Positions 35,321 through 45,964 of a stretch of 64,000 nucleotides of DNA are shown one piece after another; the stretch's first letter is position 1, and every line of letters starts with the position of its first letter. Source of the DNA: Krischvirus LF73P4. The translations under genes and the position numbers were made by a program. The notes beneath the pieces were generated by a model. That model was not told the DNA's origin, ran no database searches, and saw nothing but the letters and a program-made list of their open reading frames with translations. The stretch is taken from the sequence record OZ035795.1. One strand, 5' to 3'.

Positions 35321-36346
35321 ATGAAAATTTTGCTTTTAGGTGATCTGCATACTGGTATCGGTGGCGATGATCCGTGGGTGCATGAGTATATTCTTGATAC
35401 CATCAAGAAAGCGGTTGAATACTCCAAAGAGCATAATATTAAGACATGGATTCAAACAGGGGATTGGTTTGATTGCCGAAAAGCAATTACCCATGAAACC
35501 ATGAAATTTAACCGTACTAAGGTCATCCCGTTACTGGAAGAGGCTGATATTACTTGTTATATCACGGTCGGGAATCATGATATGTTTAAACGAAACAAGA
35601 TCCAGCCTAACGCACCGCGCGAAGTGTTAAGCCAGTATGATTGCATTAAGGTTATCGATAAACCGGAAACAGTTACCTTTGATGGTGTATCATTTGATCT
35701 GTTCCCGTGGTTTTGTGATGACAATAAATCAGAGGTTTTAGAGTTTATTCAAAACTCATTCAGCGAATATTGTGTAGGCCATTGGGAATTGTCCGGTTAC
35801 TATTTCTATAAAGGGCTAAAATCCGAAGGTTATAGCTCGGACTTCCTCAAGAAATACCGTGAAGTGTTTTCGGGTCACTTTCATACTATCAGTGATGGCG
35901 GTAACGTAACGTATATTGGTACACCATACACACTAACGGCGGGTGACGAAAACGATCCGCGTGGTTTTTGGGTATTCGATACCGATACACACAAAAAAGA
36001 GTTTATTCAGAATGACAAAACTTATCATGTGCGTATCACTTACCCGTCAGATGATAAAATCGATGTAGAACGCTTTAAAGGGCTTAGTGTGCGTCTTATC
36101 GCAACGGTCGCTGATAATGGATTAACTAAGTTAGAAAGCGCGTTAGAGGCCGTTGTACACAAGCTAAAAGTGGTCCATAAACTGGAGAGTAGCGCATCAC
36201 AGGAAACAGGTGTTATTGAAGTTAAAAGCACTATTCAGATGGTCTATGAATATCTGGAAGAACAAAACCTAGAACCGGAAGAACTTGCGGCGGTCAAGCG
36301 TATTTCTGATGAACTTTTAGCCGAAGTAAATAACGCAAAAAGTTAG
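35321..36346 (+). CDS. 47: recombination nuclease subunit gp47 (Mre11-like)
   Basis: 341 aa; calcineurin-like phosphoesterase motifs LGDLH, GDWFD, GNHD, GHxH. Confidence 0.85.
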   Translation: MKILLLGDLHTGIGGDDPWVHEYILDTIKKAVEYSKEHNIKTWIQTGDWFDCRKAITHETMKFNRTKVIPLLEEADITCYITVGNHDMFKRNKIQPNAPREVLSQYDCIKVIDKPETVTFDGVSFDLFPWFCDDNKSEVLEFIQNSFSEYCVGHWELSGYYFYKGLKSEGYSSDFLKKYREVFSGHFHTISDGGNVTYIGTPYTLTAGDENDPRGFWVFDTDTHKKEFIQNDKTYHVRITYPSDDKIDVERFKGLSVRLIATVADNGLTKLESALEAVVHKLKVVHKLESSASQETGVIEVKSTIQMVYEYLEEQNLEPEELAAVKRISDELLAEVNNAKS

Positions 36347-36375
36347 TTGACGCGGGGAGAAATCCCCGTTATACT
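36347..36375 (+). promoter_or_regulatory. PeSL-type promoter copy C (same hairpin as copies A/B)
   Basis: TTGACGCGGGGAGAAATCCCCG identical to 7087-7108; -10 TATACT; TTGACG begins right after the gp47 stop. Confidence 0.65.
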
Positions 36376-36400
36376 CTCTAAAAATTGATTGGAGGTTGTT

Positions 36401-36652
36401 ATGATTACTAATGCACTGAAAGAAATCAACGAAGGTTTATCGAAATTCACTAAGATCCATGTATTTGAGGTTGTGCGAGATGGTCAGTATATGCTATCAT
36501 TTCGGTCTAACTATGGTTTGTGGACTCATGACGAAATCCCATTTGATCGTGAAAATATCACCAAAGAGGGGCTAACAAACATCGTATCTCGTAAGGTTGC
36601 TGATATTACCCAGAATGTTATTGCTCGTGGGTCTATGGGGTCTGTACGATGA
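36401..36652 (+). CDS. hypothetical protein
   Basis: 83 aa; ATG after GGAGGTTG. Confidence 0.45.
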   Translation: MITNALKEINEGLSKFTKIHVFEVVRDGQYMLSFRSNYGLWTHDEIPFDRENITKEGLTNIVSRKVADITQNVIARGSMGSVR

Positions 36653-36966
36653 AAACACTTGCACAAAAAGTAATGGAATTTAATGCCGCGTTGCCTATGT
36701 TTGCTCGACGCAAGGGGATCTCCGTTGATGTATGGTATTCCAAAGAGCATGAAGAAGTTCGGATGATGGTCGAAAAGCGACTCACCGATACTACTGTTAA
36801 GTGTAAGATTCGCTCTATTCCTCGCGCGGAAATAGAATTTGATGAAAGCTATTACTTTACGCTACGTCATACACTGAAACAAGCAGTGGATGAACTTTTA
36901 GAAGACCTGAAACAATATGAAATTGAACGAGGAACATATTATGAATACGACTATGGTCGCGGCTGA
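36649..36966 (+). CDS. hypothetical protein
   Basis: 105 aa; start overlaps upstream stop. Confidence 0.45.
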   Translation: MKTLAQKVMEFNAALPMFARRKGISVDVWYSKEHEEVRMMVEKRLTDTTVKCKIRSIPRAEIEFDESYYFTLRHTLKQAVDELLEDLKQYEIERGTYYEYDYGRG

Positions 36967-37513
36967 TCCTGATTCGATAGCAATGGAATATTTTATTGAA
37001 TTGGTGCACGCGTACACACTAAAACAATCATATTACAAGAATCCGATCTATGGTTATCTGAAAGCGCGTATTGCTAAAATGTGGGGTCAGCCAGTGGTTA
37101 AGCTGTGGTATGATGACGGCTACCGTCGTTACCTTAAAGTGATTCACCCACAAGAATTGATGGTGACTATGGGCATTGGCGACTTTGTAAAAGACAAAGT
37201 AGAATCCATTATTAAGAGTGTGGTTGGTGAATATAATCCGATTGTATATGGTGCTTTCGTCCAGTGGAAACAATCCAGCAAATATTATTTTCCGAATACT
37301 CCATTGACGCTAACAGGTTGGATCTCTGTCATGCATAGTGGGGTATTCCTGGAAGCGTCAGAGACGATGTATAAAGGGTATATTCTCCCACATCGACTGG
37401 TGAAGTGTGATTATCGCTTGACTGTAGGTGAATTTCGCGATATTCTGGAACAACAAGCGGAAGACCTGCAAGGTGAAATTGAAGAATTTTTAGAGGAACA
37501 TAAACTAAAATGA
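36941..37513 (+). CDS. hypothetical protein
   Basis: 190 aa from ATG after GAGGAACATATT module. Confidence 0.45.
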   Translation: MNTTMVAADPDSIAMEYFIELVHAYTLKQSYYKNPIYGYLKARIAKMWGQPVVKLWYDDGYRRYLKVIHPQELMVTMGIGDFVKDKVESIIKSVVGEYNPIVYGAFVQWKQSSKYYFPNTPLTLTGWISVMHSGVFLEASETMYKGYILPHRLVKCDYRLTVGEFRDILEQQAEDLQGEIEEFLEEHKLK

Positions 37514-37773
37514 TTCTATCGATGACCTACCTTAGACACAGGGTTATAGAAGGTCTTCGCGAATATCTGGCATTGAATAAAGGGATTTATGTTGATCCCT
37601 TTATGACATATGATCCGGCGACACTGGATTATGTGATCATGTTGCCAGATCGCAGAGACACACTAGTTAAAGTGAAGGCGGCAAGTGTTTACAACATTGA
37701 TGAAGATGTGTTAGCATTTAATATTATGGAATGTGTGATTGCGGAGTGGATTAATGGCAAAGTTAAATTTTAA
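37510..37773 (+). CDS. hypothetical protein
   Basis: 87 aa; overlaps neighbours. Confidence 0.4.
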   Translation: MILSMTYLRHRVIEGLREYLALNKGIYVDPFMTYDPATLDYVIMLPDRRDTLVKVKAASVYNIDEDVLAFNIMECVIAEWINGKVKF

Positions 37774-39436
37774 AACCTTGCGCTATCAAAATATAATGAG
37801 CGTGGGTGCTGAACCTGTTGAGATTCAGCTAGACGGATTCAAAAAGACACTAATCACTGGTGTTAACGGTGCTGGTAAATCAACAATGATCGAGGCGCTT
37901 TGCTTTGTGTTGTTCGGTAAACCGTTTCGTAGTATCAAGAAAGGCCAATTGATTAACAGCGTCAACAAAAAGAAACTGTTAGTCGAAGTCTGGTTTGAAC
38001 TGGACGGGAAAGAGTTTTATATAAAACGTGGTCAAAAACCGGAAGTATTCGAAGTGCATCGCGACGGTCAAAAGATCGACGAGAGCGCAAGCACCAAAGA
38101 CTTTCAGGAATATTTTGAAGGTATCATAGGCATGAACCTAGCCAGCTTCAAACAGATCGTTGTTTTAGGCACTGCTGGTTATGTTCCGTTTATGAGTCTT
38201 CCGGCAGCGGGTCGCCGTAAACTGGTCGAGGATTTGCTTGATATTGCTACGCTAGGCGAAATGGATAAACTGAATAAAGCGTATGTGCGCGAGATTACCC
38301 AGAATATCCAAATGCAGGAAATGAAAGCTAATCACGTTCAGCAACAAATCAACACTCATAAAAAGTACATAGAAGACGCTAGCAAGGCGAGTGCCGAGAA
38401 TCTCCAGCGTTTACAGAATATGTATGATAAAGAGGTAGAATCGGCTAAAGCATTTAAAGCCGAAGAAACGCGCTTGACCGATGAGCTATTGGCTGTTGTT
38501 ATGCCGGAAGATCCTAGCGCGGTATTGGCTAAAATTAATACTGCTATCGCACAGATTGGTGCGCAGATCCAGAACTTTGACCGTGTTATCCATATGCACG
38601 AGAAAGGCGGGATCTGTCCTACGTGCACACAACCGATCATTCAGGGTAATGATCAGACTGTACGCGAACAAAAAGCACAAGCGGAACATAAACTGTTTCT
38701 GATTGACGAGAAACGCGTAGAATACGCCGAGAAAGCAAATTCTTTCCAGGCAGCACAAACTAAGGTCTTGGAAATTAAACGCGCTATAGAGTCACAGAGA
38801 GCGAATTTAACGGCATCTGTAGGTCGTGCTAAACAGATCCAGAAAGCAATGCAGGAATTGCAAAAAGAAAGGGTTGACAATTCCGAAGAACTTGCTAAAC
38901 TGGAACACGAACTGGTAGAGATTACTAATGAAAAATCAAAGCTAGTTCTTGAAAAATATCACCGTGGATTTGTAACAGAAATGTTGAAGGATTCCGGTGT
39001 TAAGGCGTCTATCGTCAAGAAATATATTCCATATTTCAATGATCGGATTGCGTATTATCTTGATATTATGGAAGCGGATTATATCTTTACGCTAGATGAA
39101 GAGTTTAACGAAACAATCAAATCACGGGGGCGTGAATCGTTTTCGTATACATCGTTCAGTCAAGGCGAAAAGGCACGTATTGACCTTGCGATGCTCTTTA
39201 CATGGCGTGATGTTGCTGGTAAAGTATCTGGTACTAATATTTCTTTGTTGGTACTCGACGAAATTTATGATGGGGCTACGGACGTTCAGGGCGTAAAAGC
39301 ACTTGATTCCATCATTGACAAGTTAGATGATAACGTGTATATTATCAGCCATCGTGACCATAACCCTGATGATTTTAGCCGTCATCTCAAGATGGTTAAA
39401 CGTGGGCGATTCACTGAAATGAATGTTAACATTTGA
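37754..39436 (+). CDS. 46: recombination ATPase gp46 (Rad50/SbcC-like)
   Basis: ATG 37754; collinear with T4 gp46 (YxNIMSVG, Walker A TGVNGAGKST, zinc hook CPTC, signature SFSxGEKARIDLAMLFTWRD, Walker B LLVLDE). Confidence 0.9.
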   Translation: MAKLNFKTLRYQNIMSVGAEPVEIQLDGFKKTLITGVNGAGKSTMIEALCFVLFGKPFRSIKKGQLINSVNKKKLLVEVWFELDGKEFYIKRGQKPEVFEVHRDGQKIDESASTKDFQEYFEGIIGMNLASFKQIVVLGTAGYVPFMSLPAAGRRKLVEDLLDIATLGEMDKLNKAYVREITQNIQMQEMKANHVQQQINTHKKYIEDASKASAENLQRLQNMYDKEVESAKAFKAEETRLTDELLAVVMPEDPSAVLAKINTAIAQIGAQIQNFDRVIHMHEKGGICPTCTQPIIQGNDQTVREQKAQAEHKLFLIDEKRVEYAEKANSFQAAQTKVLEIKRAIESQRANLTASVGRAKQIQKAMQELQKERVDNSEELAKLEHELVEITNEKSKLVLEKYHRGFVTEMLKDSGVKASIVKKYIPYFNDRIAYYLDIMEADYIFTLDEEFNETIKSRGRESFSYTSFSQGEKARIDLAMLFTWRDVAGKVSGTNISLLVLDEIYDGATDVQGVKALDSIIDKLDDNVYIISHRDHNPDDFSRHLKMVKRGRFTEMNVNI

Positions 39437-39653
39437 CAGAGTAACGCAGCCGGAGTTAGAATTGTATACCTTAATCAATCTATATTCCGGTGAAGAATAT
39501 GTAGTTAGTATGGGGGACATGAAAAACAGCATATACAGCGATGCAGACATAACAAAAATGTTGTCTTGTCGTCATCATGAGTTTATGCTGGTCCCCAAAT
39601 TTGATAAACTTGATTACCCTGATGCTGGGGTTGCAACAAACTTTAGAACGTGA
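39423..39653 (+). CDS. hypothetical protein
   Basis: 76 aa; overlaps gp46 end. Confidence 0.35.
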   Translation: MLTFDRVTQPELELYTLINLYSGEEYVVSMGDMKNSIYSDADITKMLSCRHHEFMLVPKFDKLDYPDAGVATNFRT

Positions 39654-39683
39654 TATACTGATTTTATTTTGGAGATTAATATT

Positions 39684-40061
39684 ATGACTACTTCCGCAAA
39701 CCTGGCTAAAATTACTGTAGCAGACATTCAGAACAAGAAAACCAGCCTCGAATTTGACCGAGCAATGAACAAGATCCGTAAAGCGTGGGTACTGCAAATG
39801 CCGGAAAGCGAGAAAGCTAAAATGAAGGTTATCCCGCAGCAAGCACGCTTTGAACTGTACGCGCATATTGATGATATGGTGCAAAAAGAATGGATCGCTG
39901 CAATGCGCAAGTATTACGATGATTCAATTGCTAAAGGCGCTAAAACTATTCGAGGTAAAGATATTCTCGAAAAGGGTTATCAGATTGACACTGATGAACT
40001 GCTGATTGAAGCCGCTAGCGTAGTAGTAACTCGTCTGATCGCAATTGCTGATGGGAAGTGA
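39684..40061 (+). CDS. hypothetical protein (occupies rpbA-like position between 46 and 45)
   Basis: 125 aa; ATG after GGAGATTAATATT; positional inference only. Confidence 0.4.
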   Translation: MTTSANLAKITVADIQNKKTSLEFDRAMNKIRKAWVLQMPESEKAKMKVIPQQARFELYAHIDDMVQKEWIAAMRKYYDDSIAKGAKTIRGKDILEKGYQIDTDELLIEAASVVVTRLIAIADGK

Positions 40062-40065
40062 TAGA

Positions 40066-40443
40066 ATGAAACGTATGAGCTTAAAAGAACAAATGCTATT
40101 CATCCTACAAAATAGTAAATTATGTCATATTCCGTTTGACTATATCAAAGATAATGATGTAATGAACTACCGTCACGGGATAGAGTGTATTGAGTGGTAT
40201 TTTGTCCTAGATAAATTTGTTGATGATGTGATTCGTCGTAAACTTGCGTTTGATGTTCGTGGTGATCTGGTATATCTCGACGGAAAAAAGACCGCAAAGA
40301 ATCCTGTTACTGTCTATGCTCTGCAACAATACTTGACAGCTTACATTGGATTGAAGTATACTCACTCATCCGATAAGGAAGCCGAGAAAAAATTTATCGA
40401 AAGAATGCTAAAGATTCAAAATGAGCACGAAGTAAACCCGTAA
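40066..40443 (+). CDS. hypothetical protein
   Basis: 125 aa; ATG after GGAAGTG. Confidence 0.4.
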   Translation: MKRMSLKEQMLFILQNSKLCHIPFDYIKDNDVMNYRHGIECIEWYFVLDKFVDDVIRRKLAFDVRGDLVYLDGKKTAKNPVTVYALQQYLTAYIGLKYTHSSDKEAEKKFIERMLKIQNEHEVNP

Positions 40444-40473
40444 TTAATTGATTAACATGATAAAGGTGATTTG

Positions 40474-41160
40474 ATGAAACTGACTAAAGAAACCATTGCT
40501 ACCCTGAAAAACTTTTCCGCTATTAACCCAGGTATCATCCTGAAAAAAGGAAACGTCCTAATCACCAAAAACATGACAAACGTTGTATATGGTGAAGCGA
40601 CTCTGAATCAAGAACTGGAACACGAAATCGGGATCTATGATCTTAACTCTTTCCTGGGCATTCTGAATCTGGTGGGCGATGAAGCAGATATTACGGTTGA
40701 TAACCGCACCGGAAACATTCGTGTGTCTAATGATCGTCTGAAAATTAATTATCCTGGTGCTAGTGCTGCTGCTATCGTATCACCGAAAGGCCGAGTTACT
40801 CCACCTGCAAGCGATGTAGATTACGAACTGAGCAACGACGATCTGAAACAGCTTATGAAAATGAGCAATCAGCTTAAAGTGGATCGCCTTGAATTTCTAC
40901 CGATTGATGGTCGTCTGATGATCAAAGGCTGGGAAGAGATTGACAAAAATAATCCTAATGAGATGTTTTGTCTTGATATGGGCGAATATACCGGAACCGC
41001 AGACTTCCATTTCTTTATTCGTAAAGATAACATGAAACTGGTTGCTACTGACTTCGGCGATTACAAACTGAGCTTCACTCGCCGTAAGGCTGTATGGCTG
41101 GCAAGTGAAACCGTATCTTATATGATCGCGTGTGACCTTGACTCCAGCTACACCGACTAA
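40474..41160 (+). CDS. 45: sliding clamp gp45
   Basis: ATG 40474; MKLTKETIATLKNFSAINPGIILKKG collinear with T4 gp45 (MKLSKDTTALLKNFATINSGIMLKSG), size 228 aa. Confidence 0.9.
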   Translation: MKLTKETIATLKNFSAINPGIILKKGNVLITKNMTNVVYGEATLNQELEHEIGIYDLNSFLGILNLVGDEADITVDNRTGNIRVSNDRLKINYPGASAAAIVSPKGRVTPPASDVDYELSNDDLKQLMKMSNQLKVDRLEFLPIDGRLMIKGWEEIDKNNPNEMFCLDMGEYTGTADFHFFIRKDNMKLVATDFGDYKLSFTRRKAVWLASETVSYMIACDLDSSYTD

Positions 41161-41172
41161 TATAATGTTTGT

Positions 41173-41196
41173 GGGGAGTGTAAATACTCCCCGTTT
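41173..41196 (+). terminator. hairpin GGGGAGT-GTAAAT-ACTCCCC + T-run after gene 45
   Basis: palindrome followed by GTTTT. Confidence 0.5.
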
Positions 41197-41225
41197 TAAT
41201 GATGTAATTTGTGAGAGGTGATTAT

Positions 41226-42200
41226 ATGCTGAGTGTTAATGAAAATGAGTTTCAGTGGGAACAGAAATACCGTCCGAAATCAATTTCTGAATGTATTCTG
41301 CCGGAAGCAGATAAAAAGATCTTCGCGCAGATTGTTAAGCAAGGCCGAATCCCTTCTATGATCCTGCATAGCCCATCGCCGGGTACTGGTAAAACAACCG
41401 TTGCTAAGGCGCTTTGCGAAGATGTGGGTGTTGATTATCTGTTTGTTAACGGCGCAGATTGTAAGATTGATTTTATCCGCGATGAGATTACACGCTTTGC
41501 GCAGAGTGTATCACTCGATGAAGAAAAACGAGAAAAAGGCAAAGTTGTTATTATCGATGAGTATGACCGAGCGGGGTTGGCTGACGCTCAAAGACACTTG
41601 CGTAGTTTCTCTGAGGCATACTCAAACAACGTGACATTCATTATCACAGCAAACGATCTAGAAGGTATTATCCCAGCGTTACGATCTCGATTTGATCCCA
41701 TCACGTTTGGATCTCCGACTAAAGATGATCAGCTTCGCATGATGAAAGAAATGATCGTCCGGTGTAAAGCAATTCTTGATAAAGAAGGTGTGCCAGTAGA
41801 AGAAATGCGCGTATTAGCGGAACTGGTTAAACAGAACTTCCCAGACTTCCGACGCGTAATGAAACTTTTGGACCGCTACGCTAAACATGGTAAAATTGAT
41901 GCTGGCGTATTGAGCATGGTTATCGAAAGTAGCAATACCGAAGTAACCGATGTGGTGGAAGCACTTAAAACTAAACAGTTTGCTAATGTGCGTAAACTTG
42001 CACCGCGATATACCAATACATACGCTCAATTTGTCAAGAAACTTTATAATGAGTTGTATACTCAAGTTAAGCCAGCTTCTATTATTCGTCTGACCGAGAT
42101 TATCGGTGAAAATAATCAGATGTTTGCGCACGCGGCTGATAAAGAGATTCACATTGTCTTTTTGTTAATGCAATTAATGGTTGAATTGGAGTTCGTATAA
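41226..42200 (+). CDS. 44: clamp-loader large subunit gp44 (AAA+)
   Basis: ATG 41226; Walker A SPSPGTGKTT, Walker B VVIIDEYD, sensor ITAN, WEQKYRP N-terminus. Confidence 0.9.
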   Translation: MLSVNENEFQWEQKYRPKSISECILPEADKKIFAQIVKQGRIPSMILHSPSPGTGKTTVAKALCEDVGVDYLFVNGADCKIDFIRDEITRFAQSVSLDEEKREKGKVVIIDEYDRAGLADAQRHLRSFSEAYSNNVTFIITANDLEGIIPALRSRFDPITFGSPTKDDQLRMMKEMIVRCKAILDKEGVPVEEMRVLAELVKQNFPDFRRVMKLLDRYAKHGKIDAGVLSMVIESSNTEVTDVVEALKTKQFANVRKLAPRYTNTYAQFVKKLYNELYTQVKPASIIRLTEIIGENNQMFAHAADKEIHIVFLLMQLMVELEFV

Positions 42201-42778
42201 TGTTAGGTCAATTTTTCGGTGAAGATGATACACAATTAAACGAGCATGAAATTGCATGGCGCTCTCGTGATTGGGAAAAGGTGTCTGAATTAGCTGACAC
42301 ATTCACCGAGAAAACCGACAATGCATTATTTGCTCTGATGGATCATATCACCTTAGATAAACAGCGCGTTAATGTTGGGAACAATTCTGCATATAACCAG
42401 AGATGGATTAATACCGCTCTTTCCCAGCACGCAGATTGCCTATATAGCGCGTATGTGATGAATTTAATCGGTCATGGCCTCCCAGATCAAATGCATTTTG
42501 ATTATCTCTTACAGAGTATTTCTAAGGGGAAACGATACGGTAAATGGGCTAAACTAACAGAAGAATTGGACCAAAAATTGGTTTTAATGGCAGTGGCGAA
42601 AGCATATTGTGTAAATATGGATGACGCCCGGTTTTATCTCGATTTGGCTAATGAAAAGGGATATATGGACAAGTTATTGAAGCACATTAAACCGTATGCG
42701 ACCGATGAACTTTTGGCGGGTGTTACTAAGAATCAGACAGAAAGGAAACGACTTAAAAAGATTATAGAAAGGTGGTAA
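42200..42778 (+). CDS. 62: clamp-loader small subunit gp62
   Basis: 192 aa; LNEHxxAW, GKRYGKWAKL, C-terminal basic tail as in T4 gp62; start overlaps gp44 stop. Confidence 0.85.
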   Translation: MLGQFFGEDDTQLNEHEIAWRSRDWEKVSELADTFTEKTDNALFALMDHITLDKQRVNVGNNSAYNQRWINTALSQHADCLYSAYVMNLIGHGLPDQMHFDYLLQSISKGKRYGKWAKLTEELDQKLVLMAVAKAYCVNMDDARFYLDLANEKGYMDKLLKHIKPYATDELLAGVTKNQTERKRLKKIIERW

Positions 42779-42779
42779 A

Positions 42780-43142
42780 ATGATTGAAATTAATTTGATT
42801 AGTCCTGAAAACTTCCTTAAAATTAAGGAGACTTTAACCCGCTGCGGCATTGCCAACAATCGAGACAAGACGCTGTATCAGTCTTGTCATATTCTCCAGA
42901 AGAAAGGGCGCTATTACATCGTTCATTTCAAGGAGTTGTTGAAATTAGATGGTCGTAGTGTTAAAATGACGTGGGAAGATGAATTACGCCGTAATAACAT
43001 TGCAAAACTTCTGGCGCAGTGGAATCTGTGTACCCTGATTGATAGTGATTTTGAAACTACCGAAGTTAATAATTTCCGTGTATTGTCTTTCAAACAGAAA
43101 GAAGAGTGGACGCTGATCGAGAAATATCAGATCGGACGATAA
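42780..43142 (+). CDS. regA: translational repressor RegA
   Basis: 120 aa; MIEI, FLKxKETLTRxGIANNxDKxLYQSCHILQKKG, NNFRVxSFKQK nearly identical to T4 RegA. Confidence 0.9.
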   Translation: MIEINLISPENFLKIKETLTRCGIANNRDKTLYQSCHILQKKGRYYIVHFKELLKLDGRSVKMTWEDELRRNNIAKLLAQWNLCTLIDSDFETTEVNNFRVLSFKQKEEWTLIEKYQIGR

Positions 43143-43163
43143 GATACTGATGGGATAGGGGTA

Positions 43164-43192
43164 TTGACAAACTAAGTCGATTCCCCTATAAT
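43164..43192 (+). promoter_or_regulatory. sigma70-like promoter upstream of gene 43
   Basis: TTGACA 43164-43169, 17-nt spacer, TATAAT 43187-43192. Confidence 0.6.
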
Positions 43193-43224
43193 GAGTGTCT
43201 TTCGTAAGTGAAGGAGTTTATATT

Positions 43225-45903
43225 ATGTATTTTCTGTCATGTGAGCGAGTGGGTGATAAGATCTACGAGCGTTATATTGATGATGCTGGACAAGAACAAG
43301 AGCGTTACGTTGAATATACGCCAACTTTATTTCATCATGCCGCGCCCGGTATGGTTACGAATTATAAAGATATCTATGGCAAGCCTTGCATTGCTAAAAA
43401 ATTCCCATCTATGAACGAGGCCAACAAATGGCGTAAAAAGATGGGAGAAATGGGGCAGGAGGCACTAGGGATGGATGATTTTATCATCTCCTATCTGTCC
43501 GATACATATAAAGGCGAGATTCGATATGACCGAAATAAAATCCGTGTAGCCTGGGTTGATATTGAGGTCACTGCACCGGAATTTCCTAAACCAGAAGAAG
43601 CGAAATATCCTATCGATGCTATTACGCATTATGATTCCGTACATGATCGTTTCTTTGTATTTGATTTGAAAGGAAAAAACGGTGAAATCTGGGAAGCAAG
43701 CAAGTCTATTCTTCGACCTGATATTGTAGAGCGCGTTGTTTATAACGTCTATGACACAGAAGATGAATTGCTGTTAGAATACATCCGATTCTTTGAGGAA
43801 AACCGACCCGTTGGTTTCACTGGCTGGAACACAGAAACATTCGATATTCCATATATCATTAAACGTATCAGTAATAAGTTCGGAAGTAGAACCGCTAACC
43901 GTCTAAGCCCATGCGGTAAGATTAAATCCCGAATCTCGCAGGATGATTTTGGCAACGAGCGTGAAGCATTTACGATCATGGGGATCGAAAGCCTTGATTA
44001 TATTGACCTGTACAAGAAATTTAGCTTTACGACTCAACCAACATATGCATTAGATTATGTTGCTGAATATGAGACCGGAATCGGTAAGGTTGATTATGAT
44101 GGTCCGTTAAAGAAATTGCGTGATGACAACCATCAACTTTACATCGATTATAACATCGGCGACGTTGATCGTGTGCTGGCGATTGATAAAAAGCGTGGAT
44201 TTATCGATCTTGTGTATAGTCTATGTTTCTATGCAAAGATTAAATTTAACCATGTTTATAACCCGATGAAAGTATGGGATGCTATTATCTTCGGATCTCT
44301 GAAAGCAGAGGGTAAAGTAGTACCGGAAAATAAGATACAGCCTAAGCAGACTTATCCTGGCGCATTCGTAAAAGAACCTGTACCGAATGCTTACCGTTGG
44401 ATGATGAGCTTTGACTTAACAAGTCTGTACCCATCTATTATTCGACAGGTTAATATTTCTCCTGAAACAATCGCTGGATCTTTTGATGCTGCACCGATGC
44501 ACGAGTATATCAATAAAACTGCACCACGTCCGAGTGATGAGTATTCTTGCTCGCCTAACGGATGGATGTATAGAAAAGATATTCACGGTATCGTACCGAT
44601 TGAGATTAAAAAGGTATTCGATCAGCGTAAGCAGTACAAAAACATGATGTTGGCATGTGATCGCAATGCTGAACTCTGTAAAGCGATTCTACACGATGAA
44701 AATCATGTTTATGGGGGAACCATTAGCTATAGCGTTGAAGTGCGTCACGACTTCGATGAAGCGTTTAAATCGATGCTTTCTGAATTGAGCAAAGATGCCT
44801 TAGAGAAATTGCTGGAAGAATGTAAAGACGAGTCGATCTTGTGCAATACAAACCAGCTTTCTCGAAAAGTTTTGATCAACTCCCTTTATGGTGCGTTGGG
44901 GAATCCTAAATTCCGTTTTTATGATCTCCGTAACGCTAGTGCGATCACACTGTTCGGTCAGCTTGCAATTCAGTGGATTGAGCGTAAGATTAACGAATAC
45001 TTAAACGAGCTTTGCGGAACGACTGATTTTGCATATGTTCGTTATTGTGATACTGACTCCGTTTATGTGCTGGTTAACAATGTTATTGATAAGGTTGGCG
45101 GGGAAGACCGTTTCGACGATACCGAAAAACTTGTTGACTTCCTTGATAATTTCGGTAAACATCGAATGGAACCTATTATCGACAAGGGATATCGCGAGTT
45201 ATGCGAGTACATGAACAACTATGAGCACTTGATGTTTATGGACCGTGAGGCAATTGCTGGTCCTCCGTTGAAATCTGCGGGTATCGGTGGATTCTGGACT
45301 GGTAAAAAGCGTTATGCTCTTAATGTTTGGGATATGGAAGGAACGCGCTTTGCTGAACCTAAGCTAAAAATCATGGGCTTGGAAACGCAACGTAGCTCCA
45401 CCCCTAAAGCATGTCAGAAATCACTGAAAGAATGTATTCGCCGTATGTTGCAGGAAGGTGAAGAGTCATTGCAGGAATACTACGGTATTTTTGAGCAAGA
45501 ATTTAGAAAACTTGACTATCTTGATGTTGCTGCGGTATCATCTGCAAACAACCTACAGAAATACAGCGATTCAAACGGGTATCCGATTAAGGGTTGTCCG
45601 TATGCGGTTAAGAGTGTATTGTGTTATAATCGTAATGCTCGAAAATTCGGACTAGACCCGATTCGTGAGGGTGAGAAGGTTATGATTGTACCGCTTAAAG
45701 ACCGAAATCCGTTTGGAGAAATCTGTTTTGGTTGGTTGTCTGGTACTCGTATTCCACCAGAAATTGAATCAGAGGTGTTGAAGTGGTTGGACTGGCCTTT
45801 GTTGTTTAATAAGACTTTCGTCAAACCACTGGAGAACATTACCACGGCTGCAAAGCTGCAATATGAAAAAGTTGCTTCACTGACTGACCTGTTTGACATT
45901 TAA
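43225..45903 (+). CDS. 43: DNA polymerase gp43 (family B)
   Basis: ATG 43225; exo motifs (VAWVDIEV, YNIGDVD), pol motifs SLYPSII, KILINSLYGALG, YCDTDS; collinear with T4 gp43. Confidence 0.95.
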   Translation: MYFLSCERVGDKIYERYIDDAGQEQERYVEYTPTLFHHAAPGMVTNYKDIYGKPCIAKKFPSMNEANKWRKKMGEMGQEALGMDDFIISYLSDTYKGEIRYDRNKIRVAWVDIEVTAPEFPKPEEAKYPIDAITHYDSVHDRFFVFDLKGKNGEIWEASKSILRPDIVERVVYNVYDTEDELLLEYIRFFEENRPVGFTGWNTETFDIPYIIKRISNKFGSRTANRLSPCGKIKSRISQDDFGNEREAFTIMGIESLDYIDLYKKFSFTTQPTYALDYVAEYETGIGKVDYDGPLKKLRDDNHQLYIDYNIGDVDRVLAIDKKRGFIDLVYSLCFYAKIKFNHVYNPMKVWDAIIFGSLKAEGKVVPENKIQPKQTYPGAFVKEPVPNAYRWMMSFDLTSLYPSIIRQVNISPETIAGSFDAAPMHEYINKTAPRPSDEYSCSPNGWMYRKDIHGIVPIEIKKVFDQRKQYKNMMLACDRNAELCKAILHDENHVYGGTISYSVEVRHDFDEAFKSMLSELSKDALEKLLEECKDESILCNTNQLSRKVLINSLYGALGNPKFRFYDLRNASAITLFGQLAIQWIERKINEYLNELCGTTDFAYVRYCDTDSVYVLVNNVIDKVGGEDRFDDTEKLVDFLDNFGKHRMEPIIDKGYRELCEYMNNYEHLMFMDREAIAGPPLKSAGIGGFWTGKKRYALNVWDMEGTRFAEPKLKIMGLETQRSSTPKACQKSLKECIRRMLQEGEESLQEYYGIFEQEFRKLDYLDVAAVSSANNLQKYSDSNGYPIKGCPYAVKSVLCYNRNARKFGLDPIREGEKVMIVPLKDRNPFGEICFGWLSGTRIPPEIESEVLKWLDWPLLFNKTFVKPLENITTAAKLQYEKVASLTDLFDI

Positions 45904-45964
45904 GATAAAGTGTGTATAATGGCGGGTGTTGGGTGACGATACCCGCCAATGTGAGAAATATATT